A stretch of DNA of 64,000 nucleotides from Proteromonas lacertae (Eukaryota): positions 248,001 to 312,000 of the forward strand of contig NGBS01001164.1 of NCBI GenBank assembly GCA_002245135.1, given 5' to 3'. This document shows, one piece after another, positions 53,531 to 64,000 of the stretch. How positions within the stretch are numbered: position 1 is the stretch's first letter; each line of letters starts with the position of its first letter. The notes beneath the pieces were generated by a model. That model saw nothing but the letters and a program-made list of their open reading frames with translations, was not told where the DNA came from and did no database searches. Made by a program: the position numbers and the translations under genes.

Positions 53531-54154
53531 TTTTATAAAAACACAAATTCAAACATGTTTGTTTTTTGTTTAAAAATTCAACTAAAGCCGACTATTGATT
53601 TATTTTTATATAATTAACATTAATTAACATTTTAAATGAGCTCATATTTATAAAAATCCTATCTAGTACTTCATTTAACTTTTTTAAGAAATATTGAAAT
53701 AGAACTATTCAAAAGAATATTCTTTTCGTTATACTACCTGCATATATTGCAAAGATTGATTTTAACAATATGTTAGATTTTATGTATAATTTCACTGATA
53801 TAAGACATATTTTTTATGTTAAAATGATATATTTCAAAATGAAATATATTAATAGAAATTATAAAATAGATTTAAAAATAAAGATGGTTATGTATTTATT
53901 GAATTTGCGTTTATAATATAGAAAATTATATCAATAATTAAATATATGTTGTAAACCATCATTTTGCTATTCTTATTCTAGTTCCTACTATCAAAACTCT
54001 TTATAAAAAAACAAAATTAGAAAAAAGTTAACCCTACAAAAAACAATGATAAATGTTATTTTACTAAATAATTATATTAAAAATACTAACAAAATATGTA
54101 TGTACAAATTTATACATATACTATCCTATATACATATTCCAATAACCTAAATTA

Positions 54155-55400
54155 CTATGAAAATTCCACAGCTTTGTCAGATTCATTTGTATTATTACTA
54201 TTTTCAGCTAATTTCTTTACAGATGATCTATAATGCTTTGCTTCCCTTTTGAATTCAGAATAATTAAAATTCATATTTCTAGATACAGATGTTCTCATTT
54301 CATCTTTTACAGAGATATTTCTAATACTCTTCTCCCTGGGAGGTTTTTGACTTCTTTTAGGAGTACCATAATACGAATTTTGGTTAGATGCTGAGGTAGA
54401 TGGTCTATGCATAATTGATGACATTTTTGAACATCTAAGATTAGGAAGATACCTTGTTCTTACAGCAGATATGACAATTGACTCAATAGCCTTCCTATTA
54501 GGCATATAATACTCTGTGAAATATGGATGAGGTAAACCTGTTATATTCTTACGAATAAATTCACTAAGACAGGGTTCTTTTGGAAATCTAATATGAACAG
54601 TAAAATCTCGAGGATCACCTAGATCATTGTAATAATTTATCCGTTTTTGAATTACGTTGATTAAATGTGATGTGACGAAAGTTTCTATTAACTTTTTATT
54701 CAACAGTATGATTGGTGAAAATACAATTTCATGTTTTGACATATAATCCATAAAAGGATGTAGAAATATTCTGCCGTCATTACTTCTTTCTGCTATTTTA
54801 AGAAAATTATTCATTATAAATCCATAATCTTGAATTCCATTTAAACATCTGAAGAATATATATATTTGATCTTCAGTTGTGTAAATTCCACTGTACATAC
54901 CAGTTGCACTACACAAAACTATACAGAAAATATATGGAATATTCTATATATACTTGGAATTAATTGATCAAGCGAATAAAATGTGAATAAAATTATAAAT
55001 TGAAAAAAATCATCAATATATATTTTTTGTGCTAAGTGTATTAACAATAGATATAAAATATATACAACAGTATGAAAAAAAACTAGTGAAAATCGGTATT
55101 ACAGGCACACCAATAAAATTTAATAATTGTGTAGTAGAAATAAATGGTACATCAGGTTCCTTTTCCCATATGTGTAAGAATATTGTCTCTAACCGAGATA
55201 TCTCATAATTATTCACTACAATAACAATAGAAAAATACGAAGAAAAACAGCAGCAAATTGAAGAGACAAATCTGAGAGAGGGAGCAAAAGATTATTACCT
55301 ATCTTATTTTTGGTTTTTAGAAGAGCTTCTTTATAACCAGCAATCTACAATAATTATAGTATTACATATATACGATTTTATCCTTTTGAGGTGTAGGCAT
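54155..55400 (-). CDS. Hypothetical protein, degenerate EF-hand-like family (paralog of 6865-7879)
   Basis: ORFs 55013-55216 and 54155-54916 plus 5' exons. NDGRIFLHPFMDY resembles an EF-hand remnant. Confidence 0.6.
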
Positions 55401-55544
55401 TTTGATTTTAATAAAAAATCGTTTTGCTTGGCTTGACAAAAATTGTTTATTTTAAAAAATATTCCTAAACACAACCATTAAATTCGTTAAACAACTTATT
55501 AAATGTATGAAAACATGCAATTTAACTAATATTAAACGATTATC

Positions 55545-56633
55545 TTAGTCACCGCTCCTCCAGTGTTTATAAAGTCTATAAATACCATAACCTATACAAT
55601 AATAAATATATATTTATCATACAAATCCAAAATGGTGATGTAACACAGAAGAGAAGTGTTATATTACAACACTCTTCACAGCTAATTAAATACTTAGAAA
55701 GTGTAATTCTATTACCATCTTCTCCATTACCACTATTAGCACCACCAGATAGATTCATAAAACATAATGCAAATGGAAAACATAATATACAACCTAATAA
55801 AAAGATAAGAATAGCAGGAATTCCTAAAGTCAAGAATAACAATAAATATAATATCCTATATGATATTAATTTAAAGCCATGCAATGGCTGATTATTTATA
55901 TCCATCATTCTATTAGGGCAACCTAAAAAATTCCACCATCTATAGTGTATAGATAAATCAGAATCAACAATTTTTCTACCACAAATCCAACACCATGCTA
56001 TATGACAGTAACTACATTTCATATGATTACATCCTGATATTTTTTCAGTTAAAATTTTACAGTTTGGACAAGGTTTGAGTAATTCTGAATGTGGGATTGT
56101 AGATTGATTATAATACTTTATACTGCTCTCATATTCTTCACATGTCTGTGTAGAGGGATGTGCATTTGAATGGTAATAACAAAAATGATTTTTACACTTT
56201 TTACAAAGTGTATCAGGCTTTTTGGGATTACCCACTTGATATGTATGACAATATGGGCATTCTCGAGCATTCTGATTGGTCTGTATGAAACGATAACGTT
56301 CATATCTATACATATGAAGAAGATGTTATACTTTTGATAAACAGAATCTGGCAATAATAATTTCATATGCTGTGGGGATAAATATTCATTACACTCAGGT
56401 ATAAAACATTTTATATGTACAATACCGCTATTAATTGAAGTAACAACATAAGTATATAAACAATTTCTACAACACCTATGCAAGACATTATTCATTTACA
56501 AAACATACATATGCTTACAAGATGTCCATTTAACAGTATAAACTAAAGGTACACTCTCCATACAAATAGGACAAAAAAACCTATTTGCTGATTTAACCTC
56601 AATAGCTATCTTAGTTCCAGAATTTACTTCCAT
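55545..56633 (-). CDS. RBR (RING1-IBR-RING2) E3 ubiquitin ligase with C-terminal TM segments, copy 1
   Basis: FCPICME..CKH.CC..C, CPYCH..C..C..HFCYYH..AH, PCPNCKILTEKISGCNHMKC..C..AWCWIC, hydrophobic C-terminus. Confidence 0.9.
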
Positions 56634-57095
56634 TATATACACAAAAATAAAATTATAAAAAATATTACTTTTTTGGCTGAACTTTTTTGACACAAATCAT
56701 ACCCCACATTCCCAATAAAATCTTCATATTTGGTTAAATGCGAAGAGAATATTTGTTCTTACATAGTAATGTTGCTTATTGATATTATATATTTATTAAT
56801 AGGATTGTCATTTTTTATATATATTGACATTTTATTTTAAATACATATTACAACACATTAAATTTAGTATAAATTAATCTATAATATGTATACTATCAGC
56901 ATTTTGTTTAGGAATAATCAAATTTTGTTATCACACATCTTCAATGGTTATTTTTTACAGTTATCAGTTTTATTTTAACTCTTACAAGTACTACAAAAGT
57001 ATAAAATGTAAATAATATATATTTAACACCGTAAACCATAGAAATTAAGAAAATAAAACAAATTTAATCTTTTAAATCGAAGACACTAATATAAA

Positions 57096-57578
57096 TTATT
57101 TCCGCACATGTGGCATGGGTATTTCCCATTGCAAATAGTAACATTTAGAAGCTTTAATGGATATGTTGAATCTCCTCCTAAAATCTATAATCCACCCCAA
57201 ACTAACTTTAAATGGCTTTACTTTACGATCTTTCTGAATTTCTTTATAGTAGGATGTTGCAATTCTTTCAATAACACTATCCGAGAATCGCAACTCCCTT
57301 TCGTTGAATACCTCGTTATTCCATAACCTAAAGTACAGTTCATTTTCTTCTGTTTCAGTAAAAATACGATTAGACCAAGTTTTCGTATATAAATAATTAT
57401 CACCAAACTTCTTCCACAAATTATACTTCTCTGATAAAATTTGCCTTCTAATTCCAGTGGCATTTGCTACTTCCGTTATGTTCCTAACTTCTTCTATTCT
57501 TTTGAATAGTACTAGCCATTCTGGCTGTGTTAGGTTTTTATGAGCGCTAGTACTGTATTTTCTCTTATACCCCTTCAT
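57096..57578 (-). mobile_element. Truncated pogo/Tigger-type (CENP-B HTH) transposase remnant
   Basis: Intronless ORF with HTH ITEVANATGIRRQILS, then RIFTETEENEL and FKVSLGWIIDFRRRFNIS (Tc5/CENP-B HTH signature). No DDE domain or TIRs found. Confidence 0.7.
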
Positions 57579-58031
57579 TGAAATTTAATAACCAAAAATC
57601 AAGATTTGGTCAAATTTAGGTAAAGCTTGTCAAGCATTTAATCCACAAAAAAATGTTCTGTGTATTATTCATTGAAGGAGGGCACTACATCTTAGCTGTC
57701 TTTTGTACATTTTATTCAAGCATATAGATGCCTATACCCTTAATTGTATATTGATGCAGCTACATTAGAAGAATAAACACTTTATCTGCTTTTCTTTTTT
57801 AAAAAACGTCTCATTATATTATTCAACACATAGAGAAAATAGACACGGCGATATTAGTGTATTTACTATTATTTTGTAAAGATCCCATAATTAACATCGA
57901 AAGAATATGGAAATTAAGTTAGAGATTTTAAATATTGTAGTCTAGCTGTCTTCAAATTTTTGTTGGACATATTTGTACAATTTTAGTATTCCTAATCCTA
58001 TACCGTAGAGTAGATAAGTTAAGTCCGTTTA

Positions 58032-59162
58032 TTAATATTCTTTGCATAGCAAAACTAATATAAAAAAGATATTAATCCAAATAGGAGAAGAAATGAACAA
58101 CAAAAACAGTAAATTACATCCTTGCTCTATGAACACATTATAAATACGATGTACTAACTTAATATATATACCAAAATAGATGAAATACGTGGACAACTTG
58201 AAATCTTTATAATCATCACTAAAAGTAATATAAAACACACAAAATATACAAGAACAGTGGAGAACAACAAAAAATGAATGGAAGACACAGAATTGAGAAC
58301 ACGAAAAATAAAATTACAATTGGTAAACCACACGTTGCAAATACCAAGAAATATAATATCCTATACCATACTTGATGACATCCTTGAAAAGGATTAGTAT
58401 CATCATCCATCATTCTATTAGGACAGCCTAAAAAATTCCACCATCTGTAATGTATTGATAATTCAGAATCAATTATCTTCCGTCCACATATCCAACACCA
58501 TGAAATATGACAATAGGAACATGTGATATGGTTACAACCTGATATTTTGGATGTTAAAATGTGACAATTTGGACATCTTTTACAAGCGTCACTATCATTT
58601 ATATTCGTGGGCACGTGTCCTTGACCTATTTCTTCTAATTTATGTTCATATTCTTCACATGTCTGATCCATTGAATGTGCATTTGAATGAAAAAAACAAA
58701 ATTTATTACCACAACTTGAACATTTTGTTATTGGTCTATGTGGATTTCCATTTTGATAGGTGTGACAGTAAGGACATTCTCTAGCATTTTGATTTGATTG
58801 AATAAACAAGTATCTTAGATATCTATTACATCATAACATATAAAAAAGAAAGATTTACTTTTCATATGAGTCTTCTGATGTGAATTGTTGAATTTCGTTT
58901 CTTGTTATATAATGATCACAGTCTGGCATATAACATTTTATGTGTACATTACCACTTTCTATACACTGCTTTATGTATTTTCTTAAGCAGGAATAACAAC
59001 ATCTATTGTGTTTTATCGATATTGTAAATAAATATACGAATGTCTACATGTTGATAAGACGTATAAAGAAGAGATTGTAAGATTTTCTAAACATATTGGG
59101 CAAAACGACATGTTCTCACAGGGTATATTTATAGACACAGAACCTAACGACAAATTTTCCAT
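58032..59162 (-). CDS. RBR E3 ubiquitin ligase with C-terminal TM segments, copy 2 (tandem paralog)
   Basis: FCPICLE, QNARECPYCH, RCPNCHILTSKISGCNHITC, and LSIHYRWWNFLGCPNRMMD identical to copy 1. Same intron positions. Confidence 0.9.
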
Positions 59163-59308
59163 TTAAATATTATTCTGCTTTGATTTAGATGTAAAACTAC
59201 TTAACAAATATTTTTCTATTATTAAATTTTATCCGTTTCATATAACTCATAAAATATTTTTCAATATTTACACCAAAGCAAACATACATACAGAAAATAA
59301 ACAATAAA

Positions 59309-60303
59309 TTACTTTAAAGTGTGACCAGAGCCACTAAATAACACATCATTTTTCTTTGCAAATTTACTTCTAGGTTTAGGTTTTTCAATACTATGTGTTG
59401 TACTTGATCCACTTCCAATAACTGTTCCATATTTTGATAATGGATCATCTGATTTAGCTAATTGAGGGGAAAGAGGAATTTTTCCATCTAATCTATAACC
59501 TTCTCCTGTAAATGGAACAAAACTTCTTTGAAATCTTTTAGTTGGCGAAATAGTTTGGGCTTTTACACTTTTATCTTCTTCTATAGGAATGGAGAGCGAT
59601 TCACTTAAATTATTCGCTTTTAGAGATTCAGTGTGTGTAATAGGTGGTTCTACATAATCAGCAGGTGCTTCAAATTCTAGATCCAAGTTTGAATCTATTA
59701 TATTCACAGTATTTGTTAAAATACTACCTGCTTTAACATCAACTACCTTCAACTCATATATCATATCCATATAATTAATTTGTATTATTTCTCCTTTTGT
59801 CAAACAACAGTATTTTATTAGTGATCTTTCAAGTACAGCTTTTGGATTTGATAATTCTATAAATTCTTTTTTCAAAGGTTGAAATTTAACGAATGTACCT
59901 TGAGGAGGAGGCATAACGTATTTTATATTTGCTAAAATACCACCTGCATTTAACATATTCATCATGTTGGAAGTTATTAAACAAGTACCTTCTCTTGCTG
60001 AAAATTCTAATACACCACAAGTAGTAGAATAAGTGGGCGTTCGTATTTGAAAGAAGTATGGAGCTGGAATATTCGGTCTCATTACTATTTTTAAATAATG
60101 AATATATATATATACATAAATCATTCAATACAGTTGCTGGAAGTTTTACTATATAGATATAAAACAATTAATATTGTACTTCTATTGCCACAAGATATAT
60201 CTGAAGTATCAGATGGAATGCATCTTAAACAATACTCCAGAGAAGGTTCTCTTAAAAGTTCCTGAAAAAACTGCTACTTTAATATATTATTATCTTATAC
60301 CAT
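59309..60303 (-). CDS. UFD1: Ufd1 (ubiquitin fusion degradation) family protein
   Basis: GNRIKLPATVLNDL, TTCGVLEFSAREG, GTFVKFQP, FIELSNPKAVLERSL..YCCLTKGE, SHP boxes FTGEGYRL and FSGSGHTL. Confidence 0.9.
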
Positions 60304-60377
60304 TACGAAGAAGAAAAAATAAAAAAGCTTGTGTTATTCAAGTTTTTATAATTTTATTGTTTTCTGATTTATAGAAA

Positions 60378-60759
60378 ATGAAATTTAGCACAGAAGATGA
60401 TCCACGAAGGCCTGGAGAGATTAAACCTTTTCAGCAAAGAGTAATTCCTGAAAATGAACTTCCTGTTGATATGTACTCTATTTTAGCGCTTTTGCTTGGA
60501 ATGTTAGGATTAATGACAAGAGTATGCTTATATATAAATCAGTTATTATTATTTATTATTGACTAGAAATCAATGTTTTCTTGGGTTTCACTAATATGTA
60601 ATTTTGCATCAATTGCTACATGTCCATATGCTGCAATGGATATGAAACAAATGTTTGCTTCTTTTTCGTATAATTATTACATTTTTATAAAGATATAGTT
60701 TTTCAATAATGGGGATTATCATGAATCACATGCTAGAAAGAATACAAATAAAGAAGTAG
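60378..60759 (+). CDS. Asterix/PAT10 (WDR83OS, UPF0139) small ER membrane protein
   Basis: DPRRP, D..SILALLLGMLGLM, FSWVSL, DMKQMFASFSFSIMG after removing two introns. Head-to-head with UFD1, with start codons about 75 bp apart. Confidence 0.85.
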
Positions 60760-61069
60760 ATATTATATTTTATTAATTAATGGATGTTTTTATGAGGAAA
60801 TATAACATAATATTTAAGTTTGTTATGAATTTGGTGAAACATTTCTTCATTACAAATATAATACGCTCCTTTACAACAATACAATTTTGTTCATATTCTT
60901 TCAATATTTATTATTATTCAACGGTAATACCCACATCAGTTAAACAACCAATATATAAAGCAGAGATAAGTAGAAAAAACGTTTATAAAGAGTTGTTCAT
61001 GAGAGAGAGGTATAAATGGTATAATTCCAACTAAATAAAATGAAAGAGAAATGATTTATTAACGAAATT

Positions 61070-61582
61070 TTACTTCTCATCTCTTTCTACATCAAAATGT
61101 GAAAACAAACTCATTATCTTTGCATCATCTTTTGTATTCATTCTTAACCAATAATATGCTTCACGGAAATCATCAAATATTCTTTTATTTTCACCTCCTC
61201 CTGCAGCTAACACGATTGATGGACTTGAATAAGCGCTTGCAGTTACCCAAACACTATGTAATCCAAAATTACATAGAATAAAACTCATAAATATTATTAC
61301 ACCTATTGATATTGTCTTTTGATGAGGAATTTCTTCATTTTCATTATTCTTTTTCTTATTATTATTGTTGTTATCTTCATTATTATTATTATTATTATAT
61401 AATACAATACTCATAAACTTTGTCATTATTTCACTTACATATATTCCTCCTAAAATACAAGCAATTGGAGATAATACTAACATTAATCGAACCATTACAC
61501 CACTAAAGTATATTGTTGTTAAAGCATAAGTTATTAAGAAGATTTTACCTTCATTGTTACTCTTAAAACATAAAATAAACAA
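61070..61582 (-). pseudogene. Orphan internal fragment of oligosaccharyltransferase STT3
   Basis: YFSGVMVRLMLVLSP, AYSSPSIVLA and FDDFREAYYWLRMNT..DAKIMS are STT3 motifs. Similarity stops just before WWDYG, and no upstream STT3 exons fit before 61668. Confidence 0.85.
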
Positions 61583-61667
61583 TTCACTATTTTATAAAGA
61601 GATTCTTACAGTTTCTAATAACGCACTTCATTTTTTCTTAATACAGCATCTGATTAAACTAGTTTGA

Positions 61668-63850
61668 ATGATGTTGTTTTTAAATTCCTTAGATGATATG
61701 TGTTACTTGATATTCTCATCCGATTTAGAAGTATTTTTAGTATGTATATACTGATAGATAAGTGAAAGAGTAGTTAAGAGTAGTAATGAAGTAGATTTGG
61801 TTTTATGGCAAGAGAATGAATTTAAAACACTGAAGATAATAAATGTAAATAAAATAAAAGAGAAAATGATATTGAAATTCTGTGACATCCTGTCACAGTT
61901 ACAACATTGCTGTTCATCCTTTATTTATCCTTCTAGAATTCTTCAGGTGAAGAAGCGTAGTGAATATAAGGTAGTTTGGAGAGAATATTATATAAGAGAT
62001 TTAAAAGGGATAATTCAAAGAAAATCCTTGTCAAACGATGATACTTGTAGTGTGATATGTTCAATATGTGACTATGCGGTGTTATTAAGCGAATATGATG
62101 TAATAATAAGTAATTTGAAGAGTTCGAATATAGTATATGGAAGAGATGAAACAATAAAAATATGTGATTTGTTCTTAGATGTAATAAGAAAAGAAGAAGA
62201 TATGAAGATTTACGATGTGTGTTTCAAAAGTCCAGAAGAATTGAAAGGATTAGAATATAATGAGAGAAGTGTGATTTGGTCAATTGGATGTATTTTATAT
62301 GAAATGATTTGTAAGAAATTACCATTTGACGAAGATAATAATATGATTAAAACGAAAGAAAATATTATGAGATGTAAGTACAATATTGATGTAGAATGTG
62401 ATGAAATGTTGAAAGAAATGATAAATAAGATGTTAAACATGAAAAATGAAGATAGAATGAGTTTAAATGATTTGACAAAAGAAATGATTAAACTAAACGA
62501 GATATTGAGAGATGAAGATAGTTTTTTATTGGTAATTGATGAAAGAAAAGAATTATTATTCAATAATGATTATTTAATAGATATTTCAATATTTAATGTA
62601 AAAGCAGAATATTATCTCCATAGAAAAGAAAGTATGTATATATTATATTATTGATAATATTTGAATAGAAATTGGTGATAATTTGATAGAATGTTACAAC
62701 AACAAATCTGATAATAAAATACTATCAATATTATTGATGATGAAATTATACAAAGAAGATAACTTAATAAAAGATAAGCTGAAATTTCAAATTCATCACA
62801 AATGTAAAAGAAATAAAAATAGTAATTTAGATGAAATGATATTTAATATTGATGTTGATTGTATTGATAAAAAGATAATCAGAATAAATTCAAAATGTAT
62901 TTGTTCATGTAAAGAAGGAATAGATTATTTCTTCAGAGTATTAAAACTAACGAATTTTGCAAAACTCAGATTTTGTATAAATCTGATTTTTTTGATTTTT
63001 TTAGATGATGTTGTTATTCCAGTTCAACATCAATCATTATTCGGTTCTTATTTTTATGAATTATCAAATTTACAAGAATTATATTTATGCAAATGTAAAA
63101 TCACTTTTCATTTCATTAAATCATTTGTGAAATTAATTCCATTCATGATGAAATTAAAATATATAGATCTAAGATGTATTTAATATTTTAATTACTTTGA
63201 TATAGCTAATCCAATTGGTCCAAAAGGATTCAAAATGTTACTTCCATATCTGCAGTTATTATCTGCAGTTGTTAAATCCATTCTCACATTTCATTAATTA
63301 AACAGATTAATTATAAAACACTTGATTTATCAAATAATAAATTAAGTAATAATGGATTTAAAGAATTGATGCATCGTCAAACAAGAGGTGTATGGAGTAT
63401 AATAATATTTAAAAATGAGATTGGAAATGAAGGAATGAAGATAATATGTAAATATTTAAATATATTTGTTGTTGTTGAAAACTTACAGAGTGATATAAAA
63501 TCAATGAATCTTTCAAGCATTATATGAAATGACTTTTAATTTTTAATAGATATTGGGATGAGCGAAAGAGGATTAAGATTGTTAATATAAAAATTAAAAG
63601 ATTATACTCCATTAGAGAAAATAGACATATCAGGAAATAAATAAATGAAGAAGGATTAAGATTAATGAATGTAGATAAAGAAGTATTTGACTATTTAGAA
63701 GAATTGTCAATAACAGTAAAAGAGAATATAGATAAATCCGTATTAAAATCATTTTTATACACATTTTCGACAATTGAAACAATCAACTTAGATGGAATAT
63801 CAGAAGTAGAAAAGAAAGAATTATCTCAAGAAATCTTCAACATTATGTAA
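61668..63850 (+). pseudogene. Pseudokinase-LRR copy D with internal deletion and premature stops
   Basis: SNLKSSN, CDLF, FKSPEE, linker FQIHHKCKRNK, first LRRs, then a jump near 63270 from LLPYLQLL to SHISLIKQI. In-frame stops or shifts occur in 63360-63650. Confidence 0.8.
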
Positions 63851-64000
63851 TAAATTTCATTATTATTCTTATAATTTCTCATTCATTCATTTACTTTGTG
63901 TTAATCAAAAATGACTACATTCAGAAATGTGAAAACATTTAGATGTTAAAGTCAAAATGAGTAAACGAAAGGCTAGAATACATTTCCTATTCATTGTAAC

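Noticed and set aside
56900..58030. Terminal inverted repeats or TA target duplication around the pogo-like ORF
   Set aside because: No convincing inverted pair found by eye. Only a short direct repeat (tagctgtctt) is present.
1..64000. Alternative genetic code or stop-codon readthrough as the cause of fragmented ORFs
   Set aside because: Breaks are explained by short GT-AG introns or single-base indels. Long exons such as PNO and CCDC40 are open in the standard code and genes end in TAA or TAG.
1..64000. CRISPR arrays, rRNA, tRNA or prokaryotic operons
   Set aside because: No regularly spaced repeats or GC-rich structured RNA segments were seen, and genes are intron-containing and eukaryotic.

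Overview
This is a very AT-rich, gene-dense eukaryotic nuclear window with tiny GT-AG introns (mostly about 25-45 nt, consensus GTAT...WTAG), so the ORF track splits nearly every gene. A pyruvate:NADP+ oxidoreductase (PFOR-CPR fusion) indicates an anaerobic protist. Intron size and gene content suggest a Blastocystis/Proteromonas-type gut stramenopile (inference only). Conserved genes include DNAAF2/kintoun, CCDC40, importin-5, a ZnF-FxFG-RCC1 fusion, G3BP, PRA1, an EGF-repeat receptor TKL kinase, two RBR E3 ligases, Ufd1 and Asterix. Expanded lineage-specific families are interspersed: four dispersed pseudokinase-LRR copies, four GPI-type surface proteins with mosaic ends, three IQ/zinc-finger paralogs and two EF-hand-like paralogs. 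There is also a pogo/CENP-B HTH relic and an orphan STT3 fragment. The best candidates for undescribed biology are a CARF-like/cytidine-deaminase fusion, the recombining surface-antigen cluster, the pseudokinase-LRR family and the nucleoporin-like RCC1. Recurrent single-base insertions probably reflect assembly error and weaken all pseudogene calls. Gene models were spliced by eye and family assignments come from motif recall, not database searches.
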